From Gammaproteobacteria bacterium (lineage in GTDB: Bacteria > Pseudomonadota > Gammaproteobacteria > JAJFKG01): a stretch of DNA of 64,000 nucleotides. This document shows positions 33,981 to 46,705 of the stretch, in pieces. A program made the translations under genes and the position numbers. The DNA is taken from contig OZ220716.1 of NCBI GenBank assembly GCA_965116795.1, positions 842,503 to 906,502 on the forward strand, written 5' to 3'. The stretch's first letter is position 1. Every line of letters begins with the position of its first letter. The notes under the pieces were generated by a model. The model did no database searches. It was given only the letters and a program-made list of their open reading frames with translations, and had not been told where the DNA came from.

Positions 33981-35258
33981 GTGCGAGTCTTAATTATTGG
34001 TGGTGGTGGGCGTGAACATGCATTGGCTTGGAAAGTAGCGCAATCGACTCAGGTAACGGATGTGTTTGTTGCTCCAGGTAATGCAGGCACGGCAACAATG
34101 CCTAAGACACATAATATTGCAATTGATGTATTAGATACAGATGGTCTGATTACATTTGCTAACTCAAAACACATTGATTTAACTATTATAGGTCCCGAAG
34201 CACCGTTAGCTAATGGTGTTGTCGATGCATTTAAACAAGCTGAGCTAGCTTGTTTTGGCCCTACTCAAGTCGCTGCACAATTAGAAGCATCTAAGGCATT
34301 TAGTAAAGCATTTATGCAACGCTATTGTATTCCAACAGCAGCCTATGCAACGTTTAATGATGTCGCTGATGCAAAAAGCTATCTTGACAAGCAAACGTAT
34401 CCCATTGTGATCAAAGCAGATGGATTAGCAGCGGGTAAAGGGGTTGTTATTGCTACTGATCAGCAGCAAGCAATCGATGCCTGTGAAACATTGCTTGCTA
34501 GTAGTGGTAAACAGAATGTAAATAAACAGATTGTCATCGAAGATTATTTGTCCGGGGAAGAAGCGAGCTTTATGGTCATGGTTGATGGAACCGATTTTAT
34601 TCCACTGGCTACCTCTCAAGACCATAAGGCACGTGATGAAGGTGATAAGGGGCCCAATACCGGTGGAATGGGAGCATACTCACCAGCACCGGTGGTTAAT
34701 GCAACAGTTGAACAACACATCATCGACGATATCATCAAACCAACACTTGCTGGATTAAAAGCCAATGGCATCGAATACCAAGGTTTCTTATATGCCGGTT
34801 TAATGATTGATGCTAAGGGGCAAGCTAAGGTTCTAGAATACAATTGCCGTTTAGGGGATCCAGAAACGCAGCCGTTGATGATGCGATTACGTTCTGATTT
34901 GGTAAGCTTATGCCAAGCTTGTCTACAACATCAAATTACTAAGCAAACATGTGAATGGGATCCGCGTTCTGCTTTAGGTGTTGTGCTGGCTGCTGGTGGC
35001 TATCCAGCTAGCTATCAAAAGGGTGATCTTATTACTGGATTAGAGACAACGGCTGATACGTCTAATGTATATGTATTTCATGCAGGTACGCAACAACAAG
35101 GTGATAATATTGTCACAGCTGGTGGACGCGTGCTGTGTATTTGTGCTTTAGGGGATACTATTGCTGCTGCACAAGCAATAGCTTATCAACGTGTAGAGGC
35201 TATTCATTGGCAACAACAGTACTATCGTCGTGATATTGGATACCGTGCATTATCCTAA
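33981..35258 (+). CDS. purD: Phosphoribosylamine-glycine ligase
   Basis: GGGGREHALAW, KADGLAAGKGV, GPNTGGMGAY, RLGDPETQ. Confidence 0.98.
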   Translation: MRVLIIGGGGREHALAWKVAQSTQVTDVFVAPGNAGTATMPKTHNIAIDVLDTDGLITFANSKHIDLTIIGPEAPLANGVVDAFKQAELACFGPTQVAAQLEASKAFSKAFMQRYCIPTAAYATFNDVADAKSYLDKQTYPIVIKADGLAAGKGVVIATDQQQAIDACETLLASSGKQNVNKQIVIEDYLSGEEASFMVMVDGTDFIPLATSQDHKARDEGDKGPNTGGMGAYSPAPVVNATVEQHIIDDIIKPTLAGLKANGIEYQGFLYAGLMIDAKGQAKVLEYNCRLGDPETQPLMMRLRSDLVSLCQACLQHQITKQTCEWDPRSALGVVLAAGGYPASYQKGDLITGLETTADTSNVYVFHAGTQQQGDNIVTAGGRVLCICALGDTIAAAQAIAYQRVEAIHWQQQYYRRDIGYRALS

Positions 35259-35324
35259 AAATCAACTTGATCTTCTACACATTAATCCTTCTCGTCGTCA
35301 ATCCAACTGCGGATTTTAGGATTA
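35252..35324. repeat. Half copy of the ~185-bp ACCTAAA palindromic element
   Basis: TCCTAAAAAT...CCTTCTCGTCGTCAATCCAACTGCGGATTTTAGG matches the right half of 60204-60396; overlaps the purD stop. Confidence 0.8.
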
Positions 35325-35409
35325 TCATTAACTTCTTGACAGAAAATTGATTTTGAATTGTAATGATTGTGCTTAGTGCAGAGAAAAAGGCTATATAGGG
35401 AGATTAAAC

Positions 35410-35613
35410 ATGCTTACATTAACCTGCAGTCGGGGAGGGGCTTTACGTTTTGGTGATGAAATCCAAATGTATATATTGGATGTGAACCGTGGCCAAATCA
35501 AACTGGGTTTTAAAGCACCACCGTCAACTCGTATTGAACGCAAGGAATTATATTTGCGTCGTCAACAAAAAAAGTCAGCCAAATCGCACAAACATTCTAA
35601 AACCGATTCTTAA
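35410..35613 (+). CDS. csrA: CsrA/RsmA family protein (divergent)
   Basis: MLTLT..G..L..GDEI...IL....QIKLG.KAP....I.R.E.Y pattern; RBS GGGAGA; own terminator. Confidence 0.8.
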   Translation: MLTLTCSRGGALRFGDEIQMYILDVNRGQIKLGFKAPPSTRIERKELYLRRQQKKSAKSHKHSKTDS

Positions 35614-35628
35614 TGTTTTAATTTTAAT

Positions 35629-35657
35629 AAAAAAAGCCTCCCATTTGGGAGGCTTTT
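35629..35657. terminator. Intrinsic terminator after csrA-like gene
   Basis: A7-GCCTCCCA-TT-TGGGAGGC-TTTT. Confidence 0.85.
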
Positions 35658-35848
35658 AGTGTAGCACTCACAACGTGAGGCTGACTTCTAGCACGTTCAA
35701 TTCTAATCAAACAAAAAATAAAAAGCAAATCATACGATGTTATGTTTGCTTTACATTATATTAGTGTTGCTGGTGTTTACCGATAGTGCTCGTTATAATC
35801 GCAGTCCAATTATGTATGTTAATTAAGATTGATATAGAGGAAATATAT

Positions 35849-36565
35849 ATGCGGCCTAGTCATCGTTCAGCTAATCAACTTCGTGATATCACTATTACTC
35901 GTGATTGTACTCAACGTGCTGAGGGTTCAGCGTTGATTATTATTGGCGAAACACAAGTGTTTTGTACCGCGTCTGTTATCGAAGATGTACCGCGTTTTTT
36001 AAAGGGGAAAAAGCAAGGTTGGTTGACTGCAGAATATGGTATGTTGCCACGTGCTACCCATACCCGTAGTGATCGTGAAGCTAGCCGTGGCAAACAAAGT
36101 GGACGTACCCAAGAAATTCAGCGGTTAATTGGGCGAGCATTGCGTCAAGCGGTTAATTTATCAGCACTTGATGGATATACCCTATATATTGATTGTGACG
36201 TCTTGCAGGCTGATGGGGGAACGCGTACTGCAGCGATTACCGGTGGTTGTGTTGCATTAGTTGATGCCATTCGTCACATGCAGCGTGAGAAAATGATCAC
36301 GACCGATCCACTTAATTATATGGTTGCAGCGGTGTCTGTTGGGATTTACCAAGGTGTACCAGTGCTTGATTTAGATTATCAAGAAGATTCAAATGCACAG
36401 ACAGATATGAATGTGGTGATGACGGACAAAGGTAGTTTTGTTGAAATTCAGGGTACTGCTGAAGATGCCCCATTTGACCAATCACAGTGTAATGCCATGC
36501 TAGCATTGGCGATGGAAGGGATCTCACAATTGTGTGAGAAGCAGCGTGCAGTCCTAGCAGAATAA
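35849..36565 (+). CDS. rph: Ribonuclease PH
   Basis: [42 protein letters not shown]; RBS GAGGA. Confidence 0.97.
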   Translation: MRPSHRSANQLRDITITRDCTQRAEGSALIIIGETQVFCTASVIEDVPRFLKGKKQGWLTAEYGMLPRATHTRSDREASRGKQSGRTQEIQRLIGRALRQAVNLSALDGYTLYIDCDVLQADGGTRTAAITGGCVALVDAIRHMQREKMITTDPLNYMVAAVSVGIYQGVPVLDLDYQEDSNAQTDMNVVMTDKGSFVEIQGTAEDAPFDQSQCNAMLALAMEGISQLCEKQRAVLAE

Positions 36566-36595
36566 ATATATTGGCGCTCTTTCAATTGCTTGAGT

Positions 36596-38149
36596 CTATA
36601 CTTTGTTGAGTAACGCGGCAATATCAACTAAGCCACTGTGTTGTAGCCAACCAACCAAATTCATTAACATCAAAAATAGTACGAGCAATAACGCGGTAGC
36701 TTTCCAACCACGCCAGCTGTTTGGTGGTGTGTGAGCACGAGCAACACATACCACTGCAAAGCATAAATAGACTAATCGACTGCCTTGACTCAGTGCCATT
36801 GCATTCCACCCAAATGGTGTGGTTAATGTGAGAACCAGGTTGCCAACAAATAAATTGCCTAATACTGATATTAACCAAAACGCACGGCCTACTGTACCCC
36901 CACGTGTCCAAAACGCAATAAACTGGGTGCTAAGTGGCGTTGTTGAACTGGTTGGTATATGTGTTGGTTTTAGTAACGTAGTTAAGATAATTCCAATGAT
37001 AAATAATATTGGAATAATGCTGAGTATAAGCCACCAATGGCTAGTAACATCGGTATTCAACATATTGGCAGTAACTTGGAGCACGTTATCACTTAATGCA
37101 CTACCCAGATAAATTAAAATAAAGATAATACTAAATGCTGTACCTAAGCATAGCCGCTGACTATTGGCGTTAATGATTGCATAGGTGAGTACATATGATG
37201 CAGCAGCAAAGCTAGTAATACACAGTAAAATAATATCAAGCATGTGGTTTTGAATAAAAAATAATGAAAATATAAAACTGATTGCAGCAATAATATAACA
37301 ATACTGGATTAATTTACGATGATCAGTTATGAAATAGCCTAGTTTAGCTACTAATAACAAACCAGCAGTTAAACTAAATACCCCATAATTAAATATATCG
37401 GTGATTTCCACTTCTTTAAAGTGGCTAATGCTGGCCAAGAAGCCGGGACCAATCATCGATAAAAATAAATAAACGAATAGATAACCACAGGTGGCGATGA
37501 GACCGGTTAGCCAGATGTTGCGATTGGTTAATGTTGTCGCGATATCATCTATGTTAGGGCGAACACGAGAGGATTCTGATTTGGCACGTGGTACCAATAA
37601 AAATAAAATCAATAATACAATGCCAATTAAACTCAATGCATTAGCTGACTGTACCCAAGCATTTTGATATATAAATAAATGAATATCGATGCCAAAAAAC
37701 TTTGATAGTGTTGATATTGCCAATAGTAAGCCAACGACAACACCAAATATTCGTTTTGGTAATTGTTGGGCCAGTAATACGAGTATGCTAACCGTAGCTA
37801 GCAAGCCACCAATCCCCATCGTGAAACGAGTAGTTAGCAAGGTATATGTGTCAGTGGCATGACTAAATAAATAATTTGTGATAACAAAAATAATTAAGGC
37901 TAACAAAATACTCTTTTTAGCGCTGAGCAAATCAACAATAAAACCAAAAAACAACAATAAGAAAATAAATGGCATCTCAAACGCATTGACTATGTGATCA
38001 AACTCAGCTAACGATAAATTAAATTGAGTACTGACTTGTTGTGAAAATGCCAATGGCAGGGTTTGCAATAAATCAATGTAAATCGCAAAGCAGACGGTTA
38101 ATAGAATAAGTAAGTTTTGACGCCAGGTTATTTTTGGTATTACATCCAT
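36596..38149 (-). CDS. MFS transporter with extra C-terminal membrane segment
   Basis: About 12 TMs with G.IVD...K motif-A-like and RFTMG.G, followed by a linker and about 3 more TMs. Confidence 0.75.
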   Translation of the reverse strand: MDVIPKITWRQNLLILLTVCFAIYIDLLQTLPLAFSQQVSTQFNLSLAEFDHIVNAFEMPFIFLLLFFGFIVDLLSAKKSILLALIIFVITNYLFSHATDTYTLLTTRFTMGIGGLLATVSILVLLAQQLPKRIFGVVVGLLLAISTLSKFFGIDIHLFIYQNAWVQSANALSLIGIVLLILFLLVPRAKSESSRVRPNIDDIATTLTNRNIWLTGLIATCGYLFVYLFLSMIGPGFLASISHFKEVEITDIFNYGVFSLTAGLLLVAKLGYFITDHRKLIQYCYIIAAISFIFSLFFIQNHMLDIILLCITSFAAASYVLTYAIINANSQRLCLGTAFSIIFILIYLGSALSDNVLQVTANMLNTDVTSHWWLILSIIPILFIIGIILTTLLKPTHIPTSSTTPLSTQFIAFWTRGGTVGRAFWLISVLGNLFVGNLVLTLTTPFGWNAMALSQGSRLVYLCFAVVCVARAHTPPNSWRGWKATALLLVLFLMLMNLVGWLQHSGLVDIAALLNKV

Positions 38150-38197
38150 GTATAATCCTCCATTATATAATAATGCTATTGTAGTGGCTGGATGCTA

Positions 38198-38983
38198 TTA
38201 GTCAATAATGGCTGTGGGTAACGCATAGTCAATAATTAATGGCGCATGATCGGAAAACCAGTCATCTTTATAAACGTGTGCTGCATCAACATAATCAGCT
38301 AATCCTGGCGTGGTCACTTGATAATCGATCCGCCAACCGACATTATTGGCACGCGCTTGTCCACGGTTAGACCACCAGGTGTATTGTTCTGCCTGCTGAT
38401 TAACAACACGAAATGCATCAACAAATTCTAATTCGTCAAATAACATATCCATCCAGGCACGTTCTTCGGGCAAAAAACCTGAATTTTTTTGATTGCCACG
38501 CCAATTTTTAATATCTATTTTTTTATGTGCAATGTTCCAGTCACCACAAATAATATATTCCCGTTGTGTACGTTTGCATTTCAGTAGATGGTTACGTAAT
38601 TTTTCTAAAACATCAAATTTAATTTGTTGACGTTGTTCGCCGCTACTTCCAGATGGTAGGTACAATGATATGACACTGAGTTTATCAAAGTCGATTTGTA
38701 AGTAGCGTGCTTCATTGTCCATAACAGGCCACTTAAGGGTATATGTGACATGTTTTGGTTTGGCCTTAGTATAAATAGCCACACCTGAATATCCTTTTTT
38801 TTCCGCATCAACATAATAATGTTGAAAGTCGCTTGGGTAAAAAATAGGATCAGTTAAATCATTACGCTGTGCTTTTGTTTCTTGTAAACAAACTATATCT
38901 GCTTGTTGTTGTTTAAGCCAATCGAAAAACCCTTTACGTGCTGCTGCACGAATACCGTTGACATTATAGGTAATAATACGCAA
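38198..38983 (-). CDS. xth: Exodeoxyribonuclease III family AP endonuclease (Crc-syntenic)
   Basis: YNVNGIRA, LQETK, GYSGVA, GDWNIAH, GWRIDY, SDHAP. Confidence 0.92.
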   Translation of the reverse strand: MRIITYNVNGIRAAARKGFFDWLKQQQADIVCLQETKAQRNDLTDPIFYPSDFQHYYVDAEKKGYSGVAIYTKAKPKHVTYTLKWPVMDNEARYLQIDFDKLSVISLYLPSGSSGEQRQQIKFDVLEKLRNHLLKCKRTQREYIICGDWNIAHKKIDIKNWRGNQKNSGFLPEERAWMDMLFDELEFVDAFRVVNQQAEQYTWWSNRGQARANNVGWRIDYQVTTPGLADYVDAAHVYKDDWFSDHAPLIIDYALPTAIID

Positions 38984-39038
38984 TACTTTATTTCCTGATT
39001 ATCAATTAATAATTTACCCAGAAAAGGTAACACAGACA

Positions 39039-39686
39039 ATGCAAACATATCAACGTCAATTTATCCAATTAGCACTTGAGCGAGGTGCATTGTCATTTGG
39101 TGAATTTACCTTAAAGTCAGGGCGCATTAGCCCTTATTTTTTTAATATGGGTACGTTTAGTTCTGGTAAAGCATTAACGCAGCTAGGTGAATTTTATGCA
39201 GCTGCTATTGCTGATAATCAAATTGATTATGATATGTTGTTTGGTCCAGCCTACAAAGGTATTTGTCTTGTTGCTAGCACAGCTATTGCCTGTTATCTCA
39301 AACAACAGCGTGATATTGCGTATGCATTCAATCGTAAAGAAGCTAAAGACCACGGTGAAGGTGGCAATATCGTCGGTACACCGTTAACGGGTAACATATT
39401 AATTGTTGATGATGTGATCACAGCGGGCACTGCGGTTGGTGAAGCGATGCAATATGTAAAGCATGCAAATGCAACCTGTTCAGGTATATTAGTTGCGTTA
39501 GATCGGCAAGAATGTGGCACTGATAGTACCCAATCGGCAGTGCAACATGTTGCTGATATGTACAATACCAACGTGTATAGTTTGATTACGTTAGACAATA
39601 TTGTTGAATACGTTAATAGTACTGCTGAACTTGCACAACATATCGATGCTATTGTGAAGTATCGAGAACATTATGGTGTTAACTGA
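39039..39686 (+). CDS. pyrE: Orotate phosphoribosyltransferase
   Basis: FTLKSGRISPYFFN, FGPAYKGI, RKEAKDHGEGG, VDDVITAGT. Confidence 0.98.
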   Translation: MQTYQRQFIQLALERGALSFGEFTLKSGRISPYFFNMGTFSSGKALTQLGEFYAAAIADNQIDYDMLFGPAYKGICLVASTAIACYLKQQRDIAYAFNRKEAKDHGEGGNIVGTPLTGNILIVDDVITAGTAVGEAMQYVKHANATCSGILVALDRQECGTDSTQSAVQHVADMYNTNVYSLITLDNIVEYVNSTAELAQHIDAIVKYREHYGVN

Positions 39687-41117
39687 TTAGCATGTTACAA
39701 CTTGCATCTCATCTGGTAGTACAAGAGTTGGATCAACTTTTAATAGTTGTTCACGGAAGTCAGCAATGATCCGTGATAATGCTGTTTGATTATCCGCTTC
39801 AAACCGCAACGTTAAATAGGGTGTTGTATTTGACGGACGTATCAATCCCCAGCCATCAGCAAATTCAATGCGTAATCCATCAATTGTAATAATGCTTGCA
39901 TCGGTAAATGTTATTTTTTGCTGTAATTGCTGCATAAATGCAACTTTACGATTATCTGGCATAGGGAGTTTCAATTCAGGGGTATTGACACTGTCTGGAA
40001 TGGTTGCGAACAATTGATCGACAGTGTTTGTTTGTTGGCTAATGATTTCTAATAAGCGTGCTGCACAATATAAGCCATCATCAAATCCGTACCAGCGTTC
40101 TTTAAAGAAGATATGCCCACTCATTTCACCCGCTAATGCGCTATCGGTTTGGGCTAATTTGTTTTTAATCAATGAATGCCCGGTTTTCCACATCAGTGGT
40201 TTGCCGTGGTGTTGTTCAATAACAGTCGCTATGTGTTTAGAGCATTTTACATCGTAAATAATCGTAGAATTTGGATTACGTGATAACACGTCTTTAGCAA
40301 ATAACATTAATTGTCTGTCTGGCCAAATGATGTTGCCTTGATTGGTCACCACACCTAGACGATCGCCGTCACCATCAAATGCTAATCCAATATCTGCCCC
40401 AGTCTTTTTAACGGTATCGATTAAATCAGTTAACGTTTCTGGGATGCTTGGATCAGGGTGATGATTAGGGAATGTGCCGTCTACATCAGCATATAAAGTA
40501 GTTATTTGTCCACCTGATTTTTCTAGTAACCTTGTAAACAAACTGGGTGCAACTGCACCGGCGATCCCATTTCCACAATCGATAACTACGTGTAACTGAC
40601 GAGTAATATTAATGTCATCTGTAATTCGCTGTATATAGGTTTCAATAAATGATTGTTGTTGGCGTGTGCCAATTGTCTTAGTTGTATAAAACTGTTGAGT
40701 AATAATGCGTTGGTATAACTCTTGAATTTGTTCTTCGATTAACGTTTTGCCATTAACCACCATTTTTAGTCCGTTGTATTCAGGTGGATTATGACTGCCA
40801 GTAATCATCACGCCTGAGCGTATATTTCCAGTAGCACATGCATAGTACAGTACAGGTGTTGGTGCAGGTTCAATTTCAATGACGTTACAACCGACTTGTT
40901 GCAAACCAGTTGTAAATGCATCCATTAATGTTGCACCGGTCAAGCGTCCATCGCGTCCAACATAAAGTGAGTTTTCTCCACTATCACGAATGATGCTGCC
41001 TAGTGCCAAGCCGATTGCATATACCGTATTTTCAGTTAATTCAGTAGCAACGATGCCACGAATATCATAAGCACGAAAGATTGATTGGGTGATCTTATCT
41101 GGAATGGTATAGGTCAT
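39687..41117 (-). CDS. algC: Phosphomannomutase/phosphoglucomutase
   Basis: FRAYDIRG, TGSHNP, FDGDGDR, GEMSGH, RPSNTTP. Confidence 0.95.
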   Translation of the reverse strand: MTYTIPDKITQSIFRAYDIRGIVATELTENTVYAIGLALGSIIRDSGENSLYVGRDGRLTGATLMDAFTTGLQQVGCNVIEIEPAPTPVLYYACATGNIRSGVMITGSHNPPEYNGLKMVVNGKTLIEEQIQELYQRIITQQFYTTKTIGTRQQQSFIETYIQRITDDINITRQLHVVIDCGNGIAGAVAPSLFTRLLEKSGGQITTLYADVDGTFPNHHPDPSIPETLTDLIDTVKKTGADIGLAFDGDGDRLGVVTNQGNIIWPDRQLMLFAKDVLSRNPNSTIIYDVKCSKHIATVIEQHHGKPLMWKTGHSLIKNKLAQTDSALAGEMSGHIFFKERWYGFDDGLYCAARLLEIISQQTNTVDQLFATIPDSVNTPELKLPMPDNRKVAFMQQLQQKITFTDASIITIDGLRIEFADGWGLIRPSNTTPYLTLRFEADNQTALSRIIADFREQLLKVDPTLVLPDEMQVVTC

Positions 41118-41134
41118 GCTTAACTCCAAGTTTT

Positions 41135-41316
41135 AACCTAAAATCTGCAGTTGAATTGACGACGAGAAGGGCTTGTGTATTGTAATATCAGGCTTATTTT
41201 TAGGATTTTTGGCGCAAACGTACTCACCCGTACGGTGAGTACAAAAATTCTGAAAATAAGGTTGAGATTCAATGCAATAGTCCTTCGTAGTCCAGTTCAA
41301 CTGCGGATTTTAGGTT
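41135..41316. mobile_element. ~182-bp palindromic MITE-like element (ACCTAAA family), copy A
   Basis: TIR AACCTAAAATCTGCAGTTGAA / TTCAACTGCGGATTTTAGGTT; central GTACTCACC-CGTAC-GGTGAGTAC; homologous to 60204-60396. Confidence 0.87.
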
Positions 41317-41332
41317 TAATGTAAGGTTTAGG

Positions 41333-41800
41333 TTATTGAATACCAGACGAACCAAAGCCACCGTCACCACGTTCACTTTGAACAAATTCATTAACAACAG
41401 TAAATTCGGTTTGTACAATCGGTAGAAATACTAATTGTGCAATGCGATCGCCAGGGTTAATTGTAAAATGATCATTGCCACGATTCCAACAGGATACCAT
41501 TAATGGGCCTTGATAATCTGAATCGATTAAACCAACTAAGTTACCCATTACGATCCCATGTTTATGACCGAGTCCCGATCGTGGCAAAATAACTGCAGCT
41601 AAGTTTGGATTTTGAATATAGATTGCCATACCGGTGGGTAATAAGGTGACATCACCGGGTGCCAATTGTTGCGATGCATCAAGGCAAGCACGTAAATCTA
41701 AGCCGGCTGAGCCGGTGGTTGCATACGTTGGCAATGGAAATGTATCACCTAAGCGATTGTCTAAAATCTTTAATTGAACAGGTTGTTTAGTCTGTGACAT
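41333..41800 (-). CDS. dut: dUTPase
   Basis: [34 protein letters not shown]. Confidence 0.98.
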   Translation of the reverse strand: MSQTKQPVQLKILDNRLGDTFPLPTYATTGSAGLDLRACLDASQQLAPGDVTLLPTGMAIYIQNPNLAAVILPRSGLGHKHGIVMGNLVGLIDSDYQGPLMVSCWNRGNDHFTINPGDRIAQLVFLPIVQTEFTVVNEFVQSERGDGGFGSSGIQ

Positions 41801-41802
41801 GG

Positions 41803-43056
41803 TTATTCCTCAGTAATTATATGTTCTACAGTGGCAGAGTAATGTTGATTAATCATATCAATTAACAATTTAGCTAGTTGAATTTTTGGCATACGTGGCA
41901 AACTTACTTCTTCATGTTTTGATAACACAGTCACTTGATTATCGTCACTGCTAAAACCACCCTGTGTGCCACCAACTTGATTAGCGATGATCAATGCAAC
42001 ACCTTTATCAATTAATTTTTGTTTGGCATATGTGATTACATCGTGTGTTTGTGCAGCAAACCCTACACAGAAAGGTGCATGATCACGTTTGGCAACCGTT
42101 GCTAAAATATCGGAGTTTCGCACTAGTGGTAAATGAATTTGTTCTGTTTGCCAGTGTTGTTTTTGTGAATGATATGTTTGTGTACGGTAATTAGCGACAG
42201 CTGCTGTTGCAATGAAGATGTCATGTTGATCACAATGGGCTAGTGCAGCACGATACATCTCTTGTGCACTGGTAACATCAATGCGTAACACATTAGGCGG
42301 TGTATCTAATTGAGTAGGCCCACTGATTAGTGTTACGTTAGCGCCAGCATTAGCTGCTGCGCTAGCCAGTGCATAACCCATTTTGCCAGAACTGTAATTT
42401 GTTAAGTAACGCACGGGATCGATGGCTTCACGCGTTGGGCCTGCTGTGATCAACACGCGTTTATCTCGTAATGGCTGCTGGTGCGTTACTGGTTGTTGAC
42501 GTGTTTGCCAATCTTCTAATAAGGTTGCTGCAATGGTAGTCGGTTCGCACATCCGTCCTTGACCAATATCACCACATGCTTGTTCACCTTGTTCGGGGCT
42601 TAGCCATAGTACGCCAAGTTGTTGTAATTGACTGATATGTTGTTGTATTGCTGGATGTTGCCACATGTATTGATTCATTGCCGGTGCTAATACTAATTGT
42701 GCACGCGTGGCTAAACAGACAGTTGTCAGTAAATCATCTGCAATGCCCTGACTTAATTTGCTGATGCAATTAGCGCTAGCCGGGGCAATACATAAGTAGT
42801 CAGCCCAACGAGCTAATTCGATGTGATCCATACCCGCTTCAGCAGCCGGATCGAACAATGTGTTACGTACGGGATGACCACAAACAGCTTGTAAGGTGAG
42901 TGGGGTAATAAATGCTTTTGCCCCTTCGGTCATGATAACCCGTACATCAACTCCGTGACGGCGTAATTGACGTACCAATTCAACGCTTTTGTAGGCGGCA
43001 ACACTACCGGTGATCGCAACGATGACACGGCAATGAGGAACAGGGGTAGATTGCAT
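41803..43056 (-). CDS. coaBC: Phosphopantothenoylcysteine decarboxylase/ligase
   Basis: [41 protein letters not shown]. Confidence 0.97.
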   Translation of the reverse strand: MQSTPVPHCRVIVAITGSVAAYKSVELVRQLRRHGVDVRVIMTEGAKAFITPLTLQAVCGHPVRNTLFDPAAEAGMDHIELARWADYLCIAPASANCISKLSQGIADDLLTTVCLATRAQLVLAPAMNQYMWQHPAIQQHISQLQQLGVLWLSPEQGEQACGDIGQGRMCEPTTIAATLLEDWQTRQQPVTHQQPLRDKRVLITAGPTREAIDPVRYLTNYSSGKMGYALASAAANAGANVTLISGPTQLDTPPNVLRIDVTSAQEMYRAALAHCDQHDIFIATAAVANYRTQTYHSQKQHWQTEQIHLPLVRNSDILATVAKRDHAPFCVGFAAQTHDVITYAKQKLIDKGVALIIANQVGGTQGGFSSDDNQVTVLSKHEEVSLPRMPKIQLAKLLIDMINQHYSATVEHIITEE

Positions 43057-43236
43057 AATAATTGCTCAATTTTAACTGTAGGTGAGTGCTAGCCTAGCAC
43101 GTGATTTTTTTCCTGGAAAGTCATGATTGTGGTCAAAATAGTTTAAAAAAAGCCCTGGCCAAGCGGTGATCTTGCTGCCGGTTAGTGAATTTGGTATAAA
43201 GCCTGCCTTCGCCCAATATAATAGTGGAGAATTAGA

Positions 43237-43473
43237 ATGTCTAAGGTATGCCAAGTTACTGGCAAACGGCCTATGTCAGGCAATAATGTATCACACGCGA
43301 ATAACAGAACGCGGCGGCGCTTTTTGCCGAATTTGCATACCCATCGTTTTTGGGTGGATAGCGAAAAACGCTTTGTGAAATTGTTGGTAAGTGCCAAAGG
43401 TATGCGCTTAATTGATAAGCTTGGCATCGATACGGTGCTAACCAAGTTACGCGCCAAGGGTCAAAAGATATAG
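43237..43473 (+). CDS. rpmB: 50S ribosomal protein L28
   Basis: [33 protein letters not shown]. Confidence 0.98.
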   Translation: MSKVCQVTGKRPMSGNNVSHANNRTRRRFLPNLHTHRFWVDSEKRFVKLLVSAKGMRLIDKLGIDTVLTKLRAKGQKI

Positions 43474-43488
43474 GATTAAAGAACAAGT

Positions 43489-43671
43489 ATGGCAAGTATC
43501 AAAGTTAAAATGGTTTCTACTGCTGAAATCACCAAAAACGGTAAAACTCGTAAAACAGGTTACTACCGCACGACAAAAGTCAATCCACGTGCAGAAAAAA
43601 AGCTGGAAAAAATGATGTACGATCCTGTCGTACGCAAGCGTGCTGTATTCAAGCAAGGAAAAATCAAGTAA
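43489..43671 (+). CDS. rpmG: 50S ribosomal protein L33
   Basis: KVKMVSTA...TGYYRTT.....KLE...YDPVVRK..VFK..KIK; follows rpmB. Confidence 0.92.
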   Translation: MASIKVKMVSTAEITKNGKTRKTGYYRTTKVNPRAEKKLEKMMYDPVVRKRAVFKQGKIK

Positions 43672-43697
43672 CGCACCACAGCATCTCTCCTCCGAAT

Positions 43698-43735
43698 CCG
43701 TCATCAACTAGGTGGCGCAACATAGTTGATGACGG
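43698..43735. repeat. CGTC-tagged hairpin (REP-like or terminator) after rpmG
   Basis: CCGTCATCAACTA-12nt-TAGTTGATGACGG. Confidence 0.55.
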
Positions 43736-43815
43736 GCTTTATCTCGCATGTTAATTTACAAGTAATCGATCTATTCTTTGCCCCCTTTTATGAATACCGT
43801 TATGGGGAGGTATGT

Positions 43816-44640
43816 ATGCCTGAATTGCCTGAAGTGGAAATCACTCGTCGTGGTATTGCGCCATTGATCCGTGGCAAAACCATTACTGATGTCATTATCC
43901 GTCAATCACGATTGCGTTGGCCGATCCCGACCGATTTATCAGACCAACTCATTGGGGCCACTTGGCAAGCCGTTGAGCGTCGTGCCAAATATTTATTGCT
44001 CAGCACGCAACGTGGCACGCTGATTATTCATTTGGGGATGTCTGGTTGTTTAAGAGTACTTGGCGTAGACATTCCAGCAAAGAAACATGATCATGTGGAC
44101 ATTGTGTTAAATAATGAAATGATCATGCGTTACCACGATCCAAGACGTTTTGGTACCTTATTATGGACCACTCAATCACCTGCGCAGCATCCATTATTAC
44201 GTGATTTAGGTGTTGAACCGTTATCACGACAATTTACTGCAAAATATTTATATACTATTGCAAAAGTACGGCAGAAGGCGACAAAATCATTCATTATGGA
44301 TAATCGAATAGTCGTTGGTGTTGGGAACATTTATGCAACAGAGGCCTTATTTGCCAGTGGCTTACACCCAAATCGTCGCGCAGCAACATTGAGTTTGGCT
44401 GAATGTCACCAGCTGGTAATGAATATCAAATCAATTTTGCGTGCGGCTATTCGTCAAGGCGGTACTACCTTAAAAGATTTTTGCGGTGCTGATGGCAAAC
44501 CGGGTTATTTCTCACAGACACTGCAAGTCTATGGCCAACAAGGAAAGTTATGTCCATGTTGTGATGCAGTCATCCAAGCAATAACAATTGGTCAACGTAC
44601 CAGTGCGTTTTGTCCAAGTTGCCAGCCTATAACAAAGTAG
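43816..44640 (+). CDS. mutM: Formamidopyrimidine-DNA glycosylase
   Basis: MPELPEVE start with RBS GGAGG, HLGMSG, GVGNIYA.E, C-terminal zinc finger. Confidence 0.97.
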   Translation: MPELPEVEITRRGIAPLIRGKTITDVIIRQSRLRWPIPTDLSDQLIGATWQAVERRAKYLLLSTQRGTLIIHLGMSGCLRVLGVDIPAKKHDHVDIVLNNEMIMRYHDPRRFGTLLWTTQSPAQHPLLRDLGVEPLSRQFTAKYLYTIAKVRQKATKSFIMDNRIVVGVGNIYATEALFASGLHPNRRAATLSLAECHQLVMNIKSILRAAIRQGGTTLKDFCGADGKPGYFSQTLQVYGQQGKLCPCCDAVIQAITIGQRTSAFCPSCQPITK

Positions 44641-44682
44641 TAATCTGTGTATTACATTAACATATAGTTATGTTAGTGATGT

Positions 44683-46705
<2,023 letters not shown>

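Noticed and set aside
35721-35752. AAAGCAAATCATA/TATGTTTGCTTT inverted repeat upstream of rph
   Set aside because: AT-rich and imperfect; could arise by chance and no function can be assigned.
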